Virus record (IMG/VR): IMGVR_UViG_3300002219_000003
Location: 17,499-81,498 of that record
DNA: 64,000 nucleotides
Source of the DNA: a virus
Strand: one strand, 5' to 3'
Part shown: positions 41,301 through 49,604 of the stretch, one piece after another
How the letters are laid out: every line of letters starts with the position of its first letter
Position numbering within the stretch: the first letter of the stretch is position 1
Position numbers and translations under genes: made by a program
Notes under the pieces: model-generated
What the model saw: the letters and a program-made list of their open reading frames with translations, nothing else
The model's database searches: none
Told to the model about the DNA's origin: nothing

Positions 41301-44223
41301 ATCTGACTTTTTGAAGGAGATGTATAATCTAAAGGATATATCTACAGTTAATGCTTACTCCAATTTTATGGGAGATATGGGAGTTAAACTTCTTGCTAAA
41401 CTGGATAGATTAAATAGGGAAGCAACTGTAAGAGTTCAAGGAGAACTATCTTCATGGATGGATAGGTTGAAGAAAATAGAAAATTTAGAAAAAGAGGGAA
41501 AGTTAGATATACTATGGCAGAGAGATTCTAATGGAAGGTTAACAGGGGGACTAATAAATAAGTATGCTCAATCCTGGTATAATGCTTTAAAAACTCAGTT
41601 TGGAAAGTTCCATGCCATAATACTTTCCCCTAAAATATCTTCAGCAGGTAAGATTAGTACTCTTCGTAAATTATCTGACTGGATAAACAAGGAAACTGTT
41701 TACATAGATATGAGGTTTCTTGAAAAGGATAACTTCAGGAATGAAAAAGGACAAAACTTTAAGCAGCATTACAATGAGGTAGTATCTAAAATTGGTAGGA
41801 AAGAAGCAGAAGAACTGTTAGAAAGAGCAAAAGAATCCTTTGCAGCATATAAGATAGACTTGGATAACTATATGGCTTACATGGAGAGTCAAATTCCAGA
41901 AAGTATAGTGGAAGAAAAAGAAAGACAAAAGTTTTTAACAGAAGCCAGAAATAGGTGGATAAGAACAAATAGTCCTTTAGTTTGGATAAGACAGATAAAT
42001 CAAGATTTTTCAGATTCTAGCAGTATTACCATATCACAGGAAACATCAAATAAGTATGTTTACTATGTTCCTTTATATAAGTATAAGGATGGAAAGTCTA
42101 CTGGATACTATGATACTGCCTATGAAGAAGTAATGAAAGATTCTCAGATAGCAGAAGCATATGATCTAATAAAAGATTTTATGACTGAGATAATGTCTTA
42201 CTTACCCAACTACTTAGGACTACAGTCTAACTTTTTACCAAGAGTTCATAAGCAACTAGTACATGACTTATCTGTAAATGGATTATGGACAGCCCTAATA
42301 AAGGCACCAGAGGATTTTGTAAGAGGTATTACTGAAAGGGTGGAAGACTTGAATATAGAAGGAGAAGAATCTGCCTATGAGAAGATGACCAAGAAAATAC
42401 CTGTTAAATATACATTAGGATTACCTGAAGCAGAAATGTCAAGGAGTTTTAGCAGGATATTACCACTTTTTGCTAAAGAGGCTTTAAACTACAAGTGGAA
42501 AATTAGAATACAGGATACTGTGGAGTTAGCATATAAATTTTTAAATGATATTTCAGATAGTTCCATAAGGAAGGAAATGTCTTCTGATGATTTAAAGAAT
42601 ATAAGGAATTCCTTAGAATGGTTTATGGATGTTCAACTATACCAAACAGGAAGATTAAATGAAGGAGTATCAAAAATAAAAACTTTCATAGGTTCAAATA
42701 AACTATCCTTTGAAATTGTAAATTCTACCATTCAGGATAAGGAGGATATAACAGCAGCATATAGTGATTTAAGGAAAAAGTATAGTAATGATGATGCTAT
42801 CAGGATTCTTAAAGAAAGGTATGGGAACAAGATACAAGTAACTGATGCTAAAGAACAGTATAAGAAGTTAAGGTTAAACATGGTTGAGGTTGAGGAAAAA
42901 TTTGAAAGAGGAGAGATAGATGATAAAAAAAGGGATGAACTGCTAAAGATACTTGAAGATAAGGCAAAAGTACTGGGTAGAGATTTGGTTTGGTCAAAGG
43001 TTGCTGATAAGGCAATGGCACATAATCAGGCTATGATGTTCTGGTTTAACCCTTTTACTGCCTTTAATAACTATGCTTTTGGAATAGTTTCCAACCTTAT
43101 ATGGTCAGAAAGTGGAGTAGATTTTACCCGTAAAAATGTATATAAGGCAGTTCTATTAATGTGGAAATCTATCTTTAATTTAAAGGATGGCAAAATGGAT
43201 AAGATTGCTCAACTGATGAATAAGTTTGATATGATGAAGGAAAGACTAGAATACCAATCCCAAACTCAAAGTGAGACTTTAAGAAAGATGAAAGACTTTC
43301 CTTACATACTATTAAGAAAGGGGGACTACTTTATTAAGGGGGTAACATTAGTATCAGCCATGCTTCATAAGAAAATCACTGTTACCATAGATAATACTAC
43401 AAAGGAAATATCTCTATTTGATGCGTTTGATGAACATGGTAACTGGAAAACACAGGAATTAGGGGAAAATAAGGATTGGTCAGGAGATTTCTCAGAGGCA
43501 GAAGATAATCAAGAATTTATAAAGTTTAAAACTTTTGTACAAAGTCTTGCTATAAAACTTCATGGAAACTATGATCCTAATACCATGCCTATGTTTAAGA
43601 AATATGTAGTACTAAGGATGTTAGGACAGGTTAGGGCAAGTTGGATGATAGAAGGGGTAAAGTCAAGATTTGAAAAAAGAAGATTTGATGAATTTCTAGG
43701 TAGAGAAGTGGAAGGTAGATATATTACTCTAAGTAAACTAGGCATATTAAAGTCATTAAAAGTACTAGGAAAGTTAGCATTGGAGCATATAGGTATACCT
43801 CAGGATTGGAATACCTTACCAGCAAAGGAAAGAAATGTCATACTGGAAAATATGAGAAAAAACTTTGCAGAAATTAAACTATATGCACTAATGCTTGCTA
43901 CCTACTTACTCCTAAAAGCATCAATAGATGATGATGATGAAGATCCAGAGATAAATGTAACACTAAATATTTTAAATCGTGTAATGCAGGATACTACCTT
44001 CTATCTAAGCCCAAAAACCTTTGTAGAAATTATAAAAGATCCATTACCTTTACTAGGATTATACTTGAGAGCAGCCAGGGGATTTAGTTCTGCAGTAGAT
44101 TTAATTATGAAAGATGAACTTACTGATAGGGAGGTTGAACAGGATTGGAAGAACATTGCAAGTAATTTCTACTTTATAAACCAGTACGTAAAATTTGAAA
44201 ACCTAAAAACTAAAATATACTAA
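32329..44223 (+). CDS. Virion-packaged DNA-dependent RNA polymerase polyprotein (phi14:2 gp66-like) with zincin domain
   Basis: 3964 aa; FRLPNQ and MGSDFDVDKLY (DxDxD at 36982-36996); SGAVDNAK; HEMVH at 39751-39765. Confidence 0.9.
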   Translation: MECLPVRERVRKAGAILLKSPNFTLKVKTFYDNHPTVKYLGDLEMFQEYAAAVAVGYYENKNSNSSITVDKKIDREFIESIDLEKQIDLNKYRTYSSIVLKNLLERPTPLGLKDSSGKTYYPVKGNEWLYTRYGIIDSNGKLKKYSYPVALRMVEKLNSSTNYRWGVKGLTQEDYTVVVIGTRENLERQDYYDIALEEPQFLDDRQKEDLKSSIEDFLIKDGDYVIPAYKQKEIVNSIGAIVYSSLLSFSSERRIPVSTAFKQARNKIEEVKEYYEKILEATQSSDSIFQELKNKLLERNRISEYNALSSFENIKQLEEVLFDINTLLKENVWVQVEKHVKRSLQKLGIIIKKDTVENSEQTVDMDDTEDLDSVESVLEGDFSNEKNYNLESFHLDPRNTTTINVKLFLSQIPAGKTSYLGISLYLPFDTVFDELKRLLNKVTPDIDSYISTLEELGDSGKPYLKFIADKLKDPKVSVQFKNQFVTAMNVQENDYTLLLWSVSSSGQYTAKIINANRNSAYIRVLEEWNEQLKDSSIAINREGRIILDTGRLIELKNRMINLQGKEKTSKEEYSSLMYELLEAIGISTNKTLNKILLQDDYSTFGNKVRLSGNFKSQFHFTKQGYPLGAYSALADSLIKVSRELEKPENEKLTLDDINPYIKGGLTHGYIISLARLFAQYSEVLSSSSYRGSDGKIRYVYSFHTPVTNRIRKLNDPNSNLKDVLGSIPFSKKAFWLRNEYKHLPIEVTEFDAMKEEHNRNAFPKERTNMERIEHDFFTANLFFGSMEKDRSFYISTTLSDRKRSYIFVAPKLTIRINPNGIILDEKNQITITNDIVTENTKEYIYDIVESELSRMRTLVELKEKAIQGATNEQERKKALQELKDDLGEQFYEGANYFYLYPRLNKFIYDSEGNFLVDKINDPDAITKMKGAAFEYIVDEINNTIKNWIDEGLLKITSNVKTGKISCSSIVSSNYLNIMEGDDLQKTVGAITNMVINYHLTNASTIQLLYGDPALAYNPHKFNSLPIPEKVKSTMDEYQKRGAKDGAPGELGNTNWTIQKGDKIYKGSNYYKVAFIKDDNHGTLTPGLISEIEAYSKKLNRTDSQELTTVLEHINVLMNYGKISEKVYTSIREKIEKAGPGGYYKLTEEELSALEEPVILQPQKPVQIDYIQEGAFERIYYIKTSSFPLIPELTANKDIDKLRIAMEKKGVDRAVFITGVKLGANNVVEIFNSDGTIKDDIDFKDKEIHTLNRENFYIQQDIPYREDKDEITVSSQMDRLIVDALEGMINFKLKGISTMGNTMSGDELLKLKESAKIQLEKLEKENLYSELGIKITYDDELGTYRVEYKDLNKLSEKLIEFAKEERGWDANDLAALKVKDGKFILSPGLGNAYEKIESLINSLMTKTVRIHIHGTSSVQGSSSGFRNPNVKSIDELSSDGRDGIVWVKNSRNEFDPSKELKFIINENGNITYAQILLPWRFKASLKDFIDPPTNTIDLSNGKIDPELLRIVSFRLPNQGYSSQLVMEIVGFLPKQVGDLAIVPGEITEQMGSDFDVDKLYSYIYNHLVNENGKLVKIPEFIEQDGSYSERKATVWLRENFPTKFENLERARKLASKLQEASGVSARLLELFDENVEADYERITPQDRKVLDQLGFTLEDIKLPSRGKIKKMSLQNLYIAIHETILSDPRIVEQMVIPLETKDLQQTAEDIIKHKPTTGIDIWGESYLSRNRQFNDYIKQRDGKAGIAFYARAGTGTSVASHQNLHLINAEGDPVTFGFFADDDGNILRLGKLSGRGESFFKGERRTGLKNIITLQSGAVDNAKNPVLSKNNLNYNTFSASLALTVLTTDDGKGLDLRYTSYFLNQPIILEFLREYEKNTNSIGESFISSATGRNITYEYLVDRYSSKIRDTYPDWDITKLDVYSSGFTPKQLLSFMENPNENSLEYLESQIKILSIFRTLDSIGQELMDLYKLLGISSKGIPMNYWKLQDMINSHERFLKGFSSFTGAIEVLNTPQTKHTIDTLYENKALLESLFPVNTTIVRETISNVEKLSRTPLTSEVKREIWLSIRSYIYSNLELFGITEDFKRDLLIGDNSLVNRVRRFMETEESKKFTLLKVLEFKRSADRSLPDLVLYRASSSERVDEYEKVKYFIDMLISDNPTAVGIARDLVIYAYITGGNQEALQFVKFIPVEYLRTIGFGDKVIDIFSKQMDENTFSLFSETILEQYLQHNPARAFRLSDKNPNLIYNGKTGILRVDTSSTEIGEQESAPYVTFYDRRSRSRKLLKLLKIEADTAIYKEIPLLGGTGKDYNTINEYRYGTFNRRSLFPYNNPSFEKTTSPDDITNSPSINTTKTILQSSMNRMIGELKNTNSVDIEEFFKKLEDISKLPSKEILQHLEDLVEVPRFKAIMRIVSANSSILKNLTVKIVPKISYRNRTPLGLYSENTISLAKDTIIERSNRVKVSPKQVTEKVLAHEMVHAVVTKHYEIYKNNPQSPLLSEKVRNNLSSIDKIRRESLKKLSKEEIGKIKQIAQGKTEGISPAELSKLYGFINGNEFIAEALTNRNFQEKLNSIRLDDGTVLERFIKEIIELFKEIAKVIGIDVKTGSALEATLVETLDLVHNIEETIEETATSILIETYNFKWAKTSKNSYEVSSAGDKRFSALFAKLKDGRTIEEAYQLDIKGYRNKGNDWRLGKGRPPLVNISREQLWNEYKKLWEQYLNENPELEQDLLQKAKGRVLTDKFASTDVSQARALAELLNERHNKRSITEKSIQDIKEESRIEETTKGTTSEDMTAYEDIAVEEPYEESFGQTPEEFINLTTIPASNTLLSNLKSQIELKYKTVNNLIIQAREEVKKGNEEKATDIKGRIQKVYLEISNLKKYINTFKSDINIDKLMELASNQLIWVESLVDKENILPSEIIEAFRIIETWEGIEDIIFGEELHKPDMEISPTVRNKINAIKSRINSKDLNRKLFDINATFLSKISEYNSISDFLKEMYNLKDISTVNAYSNFMGDMGVKLLAKLDRLNREATVRVQGELSSWMDRLKKIENLEKEGKLDILWQRDSNGRLTGGLINKYAQSWYNALKTQFGKFHAIILSPKISSAGKISTLRKLSDWINKETVYIDMRFLEKDNFRNEKGQNFKQHYNEVVSKIGRKEAEELLERAKESFAAYKIDLDNYMAYMESQIPESIVEEKERQKFLTEARNRWIRTNSPLVWIRQINQDFSDSSSITISQETSNKYVYYVPLYKYKDGKSTGYYDTAYEEVMKDSQIAEAYDLIKDFMTEIMSYLPNYLGLQSNFLPRVHKQLVHDLSVNGLWTALIKAPEDFVRGITERVEDLNIEGEESAYEKMTKKIPVKYTLGLPEAEMSRSFSRILPLFAKEALNYKWKIRIQDTVELAYKFLNDISDSSIRKEMSSDDLKNIRNSLEWFMDVQLYQTGRLNEGVSKIKTFIGSNKLSFEIVNSTIQDKEDITAAYSDLRKKYSNDDAIRILKERYGNKIQVTDAKEQYKKLRLNMVEVEEKFERGEIDDKKRDELLKILEDKAKVLGRDLVWSKVADKAMAHNQAMMFWFNPFTAFNNYAFGIVSNLIWSESGVDFTRKNVYKAVLLMWKSIFNLKDGKMDKIAQLMNKFDMMKERLEYQSQTQSETLRKMKDFPYILLRKGDYFIKGVTLVSAMLHKKITVTIDNTTKEISLFDAFDEHGNWKTQELGENKDWSGDFSEAEDNQEFIKFKTFVQSLAIKLHGNYDPNTMPMFKKYVVLRMLGQVRASWMIEGVKSRFEKRRFDEFLGREVEGRYITLSKLGILKSLKVLGKLALEHIGIPQDWNTLPAKERNVILENMRKNFAEIKLYALMLATYLLLKASIDDDDEDPEINVTLNILNRVMQDTTFYLSPKTFVEIIKDPLPLLGLYLRAARGFSSAVDLIMKDELTDREVEQDWKNIASNFYFINQYVKFENLKTKIY

Positions 44224-44245
44224 CTGCACTTCAGGAGAAAAAAAA

Positions 44246-44292
44246 ATAAGAAAGGAAAGGGGGGAATTCTAACAGTCCTCCCCCTCTTTTTT
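44246..44292. terminator. Probable bidirectional terminator between the convergent arms
   Basis: GGAAAGGGGGGA...TCCTCCCCCTC with T run after and A run before. Confidence 0.6.
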
Positions 44293-44671
44293 ATTCTATG
44301 GATATTGAATACATGTAAGTGTAATCTATACCATTCTTTAACAATTTTTGGGTTTTCATAAAATTATATACTGATTTTTTTAGTCCTTCCCAAAAATCTT
44401 TAGTTACACATTCTGAAACATCATACCCTTCTTCTCCTATAAGATTGAAATGACACACTACAGAAACTTCTACATCAGCATATTCATTTTTATCAATAGG
44501 TATATTTTTAGTTACATTTACTTCTATATAGACTTCTGTAAAATCTACTGTAAGTATCTCTTCATTATAAGGTTTATCCTGATAAGGTTTATCTTGTAAT
44601 GTGCTACTTATCATTTCATTAACCTTACTAAATATATGCTCTTTTTCTTCTTTTAATAGTTTTATTTCCAT
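44291..44671 (-). CDS. Hypothetical protein
   Basis: 126-aa ORF. Confidence 0.6.
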   Translation of the reverse strand: MEIKLLKEEKEHIFSKVNEMISSTLQDKPYQDKPYNEEILTVDFTEVYIEVNVTKNIPIDKNEYADVEVSVVCHFNLIGEEGYDVSECVTKDFWEGLKKSVYNFMKTQKLLKNGIDYTYMYSISIE

Positions 44672-44704
44672 ATTTAAGTTTTACTATTTATTAATTAAAA
44701 AGTT

Positions 44705-44998
44705 TTAAATATATTCATACATACAACTAAAAGTATTTTGTTCTTCAAGATGAAAAATACTGTCTTCTTCCTTTACTATCCAATCACCTATTTTTACAAT
44801 ATAATACCTATCATGTATAAAAATTTCAAGTTTGTTTTCTTCTACAACTTTTAATTGCCATTTTGGATTATAGGCATAGTATTGTGATTTAAAAAGGTCA
44901 GTTAATGTAAGAAAATCAACAATTTCATCAAAATTATTTCCTAACCATTGAATGGCTTCAACCATAGTAGGTCTTTTTTTAAATCTTCCTGCTCTCAT
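44705..44998 (-). CDS. Small phage protein (KKP..VEA.QW...GDWI family)
   Basis: Paralog of 48271-48552. Confidence 0.65.
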   Translation of the reverse strand: MRAGRFKKRPTMVEAIQWLGNNFDEIVDFLTLTDLFKSQYYAYNPKWQLKVVEENKLEIFIHDRYYIVKIGDWIVKEEDSIFHLEEQNTFSCMYEYI

Positions 44999-45015
44999 TT
45001 TTGTAACTTTAGTGT

Positions 45016-45321
45016 TTAGAGTTCTCCAATAATAAAACTATCATCTTTAACAGGTATAACTACTGTATATTCTGCAATATCATTTAAACTTTCTACATCC
45101 TTTAGATACTTGTAATCATTTTTAAGTTCTTCTAAGTTATTATAAAGGGTATACTCTGAACAAATTATGATTGGATCAAACTCAATTGTTTCACCTGTTT
45201 CTTCCTCCAAAGACTCAAAGTAATTGAACAATGCTTTTAATCCATCATATCCAAAATGGTTATACATACCTATATCCCTAAAACCTTGTTTGAATGTATC
45301 AAAGTCAGTGTATGCTTTCAT
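45016..45321 (-). CDS. Hypothetical phage protein
   Basis: FGYDGLKALFNYFE...IEFDPIIICSEY. Confidence 0.65.
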   Translation of the reverse strand: MKAYTDFDTFKQGFRDIGMYNHFGYDGLKALFNYFESLEEETGETIEFDPIIICSEYTLYNNLEELKNDYKYLKDVESLNDIAEYTVVIPVKDDSFIIGEL

Positions 45322-45337
45322 AATATTAATATTATAT

Positions 45338-46066
45338 TTACCAATAAATTACTTCTTTATTATTTGCTGCTAGTTCTTGATTAATATTCCCAAAAATACC
45401 TGAACCATAAAAACCAGCATCAGAATTATATACTTCTGCTGCAGGATGAGGTACTTCAAAAATAGAGTGTGTTGGATTAACTATATACTTTTTATATGAT
45501 CTTGCCTCTTTTCCAAACAATCCCCATACTAAATCTTGCTTTTTATTTAAGATATTAATTACTTCTATGGTAAAAGGTTTCCAAATCTTTAAATGACTTC
45601 CTGGAGTACTCTTCTCCACTGTTAATGCTACATTTAGTAATAATACCCCCTGCTTGGCCCATCTTAGCAAGTTCTTCCTGTCATCCCTACCATGCTCTAA
45701 GGAATTTTTCCATTCTGGATACTCCTTATCTATCCCATTAAGCATTATTCGTAAAGTAGGAGATATGAATGATCTGCTACATGAAGTAGCAAGACCATCC
45801 ATAATTCCATTATGATAAGGATCCTGAAATAGTAGTATTACCTTAACTTCATCTAATGGGGTTTCCCTAAATGCCCTAAATACCAACTCTTTTTCTGGAT
45901 ATACTATTTTAGTCTTTCTTAGTTTTCCTATAGTTTTACCTATACTACCAAAAGTATCTTTTTCTGTAATAGTTTTATCTATACTACTAGTAGTATTTCC
46001 ATCTATAAATGGTTTTAGAGCATTATATCAAGATTCTCCAAAGTCTTCTAAATATGTATTACTCAT
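45338..46066 (-). CDS. ung: Uracil-DNA glycosylase (family 1) with in-frame TGA at codon 13
   Basis: QDPYH, GLA, WAKQGVLLLN, HPA motifs; ATG at 46066 overlaps upstream stop; TGA at 46030-46028 in FGES*YNAL. Confidence 0.85.
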
Positions 46067-46902
46067 TCTTCTATATAATTATTTCTTTCCTCAATACTAC
46101 TGTTATCTTCAGAATTATTCTCCTTTCTAAACTGGCACATCTCCCATATCTCTTCTTCCATCTTAGGCTTTTCATCTAAATCTATTCTATCAAATACTTT
46201 GGTAACTCCAAATTTCTTTTCCATACTCTCCACTAAACTCTTGTGTTTTGTTAAAACCTTCCAAACAAAACTCTTCTCAGGTAACTTATAGAAATTTTTA
46301 ATTTTAATTTTTAGAAGATCGGATAGTTGGGAATATTTTCCATCTAAGAACAGTTTCACATCTTCTCTATGTTCAGAAGGAATACTATAAATAAATACAT
46401 CAAAATCTTTAATAGAAGTAATTGTACTAATGAATAAAGGATGTTTTACTATTCTTTGTTCTATCTTACCATAGAATTTAGTAGTTGAAAACCTATAAAC
46501 AAGGTACAGTTTACTTAAATCTTTACCAATATAAGCATTTATTAAATAGCCATTTGTATCAAAGAATGTACTATCTTCTGCATTTAAACAAGGCAAAAAA
46601 TAACTGGTAGTTTTATTCCTGGAATAACTCAAAATTGTATAACTATTCTTATAGTTACTTTGAGTTGCTCCTTTCATAATTTTATTAACTGTATATAGAC
46701 TAGGAATCTCTGTATAGAAGTGCTGAAATTTATCCCCTATTTTTATTTGCATATCTCCTATTTTTACTGAGACTGTCTCTCCAGTTTCTGTATTAATATC
46801 TTCATTAATATCTGGACTATTAGAGTAAATCTCAAACATACGAGCATTGACTAGTCTATAAAAAACTTCATTTCCTCCTCCTACTTTTAAAGAAAGTAGC
46901 AT
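46063..46902 (-). CDS. Conserved-looking hypothetical phage protein
   Basis: 279 aa; YFLPCL, YLINAY, FLDGKYSQLS. Confidence 0.65.
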   Translation of the reverse strand: MLLSLKVGGGNEVFYRLVNARMFEIYSNSPDINEDINTETGETVSVKIGDMQIKIGDKFQHFYTEIPSLYTVNKIMKGATQSNYKNSYTILSYSRNKTTSYFLPCLNAEDSTFFDTNGYLINAYIGKDLSKLYLVYRFSTTKFYGKIEQRIVKHPLFISTITSIKDFDVFIYSIPSEHREDVKLFLDGKYSQLSDLLKIKIKNFYKLPEKSFVWKVLTKHKSLVESMEKKFGVTKVFDRIDLDEKPKMEEEIWEMCQFRKENNSEDNSSIEERNNYIEE

Positions 46903-46935
46903 ACTAAATACCCTTAAATTGTTAATACTACTATG

Positions 46936-47403
46936 CTAAAAATCAGGAAATAAGGCCCTTGTATAACTATCAAGTTCATTATAAAAATAGTTATAAAGAG
47001 TATTAAATTCTTCCTGATATTTAGGTTTATACCTCATAGTTGATTCTGTTCTTTCCCATAAATCTTCCTCTCCATATTTATAAACTAAAACAGCATGTGC
47101 AAATCTATGAGCAAATCCTGTAATATCTACAGGTACATATTTAAAATTTTCCATATGCTTTGCTAATAAAGATTGAAAAGTAAATTTTCTTACGTGATTA
47201 CTAAGTTCATTATAGTAATAATCATAAAACTTATCAAACTCTTTTTGATATTCTGGTTTGTATGCTATAATATCTGGCTCTATCTCTTCTACTAAATCTT
47301 CTTCTTTAATTATATCCTTATACTTATAAGCCAAAGTGTAATCTGCTAGTTTACAAACAAATTCTATAATATCTGAAGATAACATACTTTCAAAATTCTC
47401 CAT
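46936..47403 (-). CDS. Hypothetical protein with a tandem-duplicated domain
   Basis: MENF...YKY..EEDL...YKP.YQ.EF...Y.Y.YNEL occurs twice. Confidence 0.65.
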   Translation of the reverse strand: MENFESMLSSDIIEFVCKLADYTLAYKYKDIIKEEDLVEEIEPDIIAYKPEYQKEFDKFYDYYYNELSNHVRKFTFQSLLAKHMENFKYVPVDITGFAHRFAHAVLVYKYGEEDLWERTESTMRYKPKYQEEFNTLYNYFYNELDSYTRALFPDF

Positions 47404-48262
47404 ATACTTCAATATCTTTAGGTTCATTATTTACTCTTACTATATTAGGGATAGGAGGTATAGCATGAACTTCTCTTAAAAAGTCTCTATCATTTCTTAA
47501 AGTGTATAACATTCTAAAGTTTTTTCCAAATTGAATTACACCATTTATTTCTCCAAGACTCTCAGTATAAAGATTCAAAATATTCCCCCAAGAAATTTCT
47601 CCCCCCTTCAAAGTATAAAAATTCTCCCAATATTTTTCTCCTTTCTTAGGAATACCTGAAACCCCATCCGCATGATCTCCTACTACCATTTGTTTCATTA
47701 AAAATAGTTGAGCATCCTCCTCTGTATTTTCTTCCCAATGTCCTTTAATAACTTCTTCCTCATTCTGCATCTTATAGGTATAGTTAAAGTGTGTTCCTGG
47801 AATTCCTTTCAACAAATCCTTATCAACAGAACATATTATCTTCTTAACTCCAACATAACTACTACTTTCATCAGTACTTTCATTATTCTTTATACCACAA
47901 TCAGTAGCAAAGTAATCTAACTCAGGAATACAAAATAGAGGTTTATTATACCAGTATGCAACAAGATCATCTGCTTCAACTTCTCCCATTGTGTTAGCAT
48001 GGTAAAATTCTTTAATAAAAGTTTTTAATGTGTTTACTCCAGGTTTTTGTATAGTTTTTTCCCTATTCTTTTTATATTCTCCATCAGAAATATTTTTTCT
48101 AAAATAATTACCTTCGGAAAGAAAGAAACTAATATGGGTACACTTTGTACTTTCTATTATGGTATTTATCTTTTCTTCCAAAACACTAAAAGAACCTATA
48201 AAAGGTTCTCTTAGTGATTGGTATATCAGTGAATCTGCATCAACTAACGCTAAAACCACCAT
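47390..48262 (-). CDS. 5'-3' exonuclease/RNase H (FEN/T7 gp6-like)
   Basis: VDADSL, NYFRK, EYKKNR, EADD, SVDKDL, GDHADGVSGIPKKG. Confidence 0.9.
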   Translation of the reverse strand: MVVLALVDADSLIYQSLREPFIGSFSVLEEKINTIIESTKCTHISFFLSEGNYFRKNISDGEYKKNREKTIQKPGVNTLKTFIKEFYHANTMGEVEADDLVAYWYNKPLFCIPELDYFATDCGIKNNESTDESSSYVGVKKIICSVDKDLLKGIPGTHFNYTYKMQNEEEVIKGHWEENTEEDAQLFLMKQMVVGDHADGVSGIPKKGEKYWENFYTLKGGEISWGNILNLYTESLGEINGVIQFGKNFRMLYTLRNDRDFLREVHAIPPIPNIVRVNNEPKDIEVYGEF

Positions 48263-48270
48263 ATTCTTTT

Positions 48271-48552
48271 TTATTTAATTAATTCATATGTTGCCTCAAG
48301 AATATCAGGTTTAATTGGATAAAACTCATTTTTAACTCCCTTTAGTATCCAATCTCCCACTGTAGCAAAATGGTATCCTCCAAGGGTAGGAACTATTAAT
48401 CCATCTTCTTTAACAACTCTTTCATACCATTCCCAGTTAGAATTATGATATTGTAAACTAGGAATAAAATCAACAATCTCCCTTAGATTATCTCCTGTCC
48501 ATTGAACCCCCTCAACTATGATAGGTTTCTTTCTAAATTTTTGTATAGCCAT
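48271..48552 (-). CDS. Small phage protein (RKKP..VE..QWTG...GDWI.KG...EFYP.KPD family)
   Basis: Motif pattern; paralog of 44705-44998. Confidence 0.7.
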   Translation of the reverse strand: MAIQKFRKKPIIVEGVQWTGDNLREIVDFIPSLQYHNSNWEWYERVVKEDGLIVPTLGGYHFATVGDWILKGVKNEFYPIKPDILEATYELIK

Positions 48553-48584
48553 TTTTTTTATTATTTTAATTTAGTTACACTTTA

Positions 48585-49604
48585 TCAAGTAACAGAATTT
48601 AAATCCAAACTATGAATAAAGGTATTTTGTACTTTCTCTGGAACAGATCTTAAATATTCATGGGGTTTAAAACTTAAAATAAGAATCTCTGACATGAAAA
48701 ATATAAAGTCTGCAAAGGTTAATGGAAGTATAGGAAAAGGTTTCTTTACTAGGAATAGGTGCTCTAAATCTAAAAATGATTCCAGTGAGTAAAATGCACT
48801 CCTTGATATTACTTGTACACCTATATATTCCCCCCAATCACCTGTATATTTTCCCCAATTATTATTACAAACGATATAATTCCCTTTATTTATTTCCTTT
48901 TTTAATCCTCTTTTTTCCAAAATAGTACTGTCTCCTACATACTTGAATACATTGAAAACTCCTATTATATTAGGATCATTCATAATTTCTTCAACTTCAT
49001 AACTATATGCAGATTCGTAATAGGGAAGATAGTAGTTAAATGTTCTTTTTAGATTATCCACACTTTTCCTTTTAAGATACTCATCTTTCAGTCTTTCTGT
49101 AAATACTAAAGATAGAGATGGATATATACTTTCATTACTATAACTCATTGTTATAGGAAAGGAAAATTTCTCTTCCAATTCTTTTGTACTAGATAATGTT
49201 ACTATATTTTTATTCTGTACTCCTGCTGCTTTAACTATCTTTCTTACAAAAGGATGGGAATTTTTTACTACATATCCAACTAACTTTTCTTTCTCTTTAC
49301 AAACTATTCCATTTAGATAATTACCATCAAATACAATTCCTAAATCAATACTAAACTTAATTTCTTTGTACTTAGTATGGATCTTATACATTAGGGGGAA
49401 ATGATTAGCAAAGAATCCATCATAGGAAGGATTCTCCTTTAATCTTTTAAGGGTTATACTACAGTTTCTTTCAAACTCTTTTAGATTTGTAAAAGAAGTT
49501 AAGTAACTTAATCTATCTAGGTTATCAAGTTCTATAGAATTTTCTTTCATCTCTAGCTTATCAAATATTATAGGAGTACAATCTGGTGTGCTATAAATCC
49601 TCAT
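48585..49604 (-). CDS. Hypothetical protein overlapping the E1 gene
   Basis: 339-aa ORF; start overlaps ThiF gene end. Confidence 0.6.
   Translation of the reverse strand: MRIYSTPDCTPIIFDKLEMKENSIELDNLDRLSYLTSFTNLKEFERNCSITLKRLKENPSYDGFFANHFPLMYKIHTKYKEIKFSIDLGIVFDGNYLNGIVCKEKEKLVGYVVKNSHPFVRKIVKAAGVQNKNIVTLSSTKELEEKFSFPITMSYSNESIYPSLSLVFTERLKDEYLKRKSVDNLKRTFNYYLPYYESAYSYEVEEIMNDPNIIGVFNVFKYVGDSTILEKRGLKKEINKGNYIVCNNNWGKYTGDWGEYIGVQVISRSAFYSLESFLDLEHLFLVKKPFPILPLTFADFIFFMSEILILSFKPHEYLRSVPEKVQNTFIHSLDLNSVT

Noticed and set aside
15405..44223. Genome-wide stop-codon reassignment as in some crAss-like phages
   Set aside because: Very long ORFs are intact in the standard code, Trp is TGG, and TAG/TGA serve as normal gene ends; only the UDG case stands out
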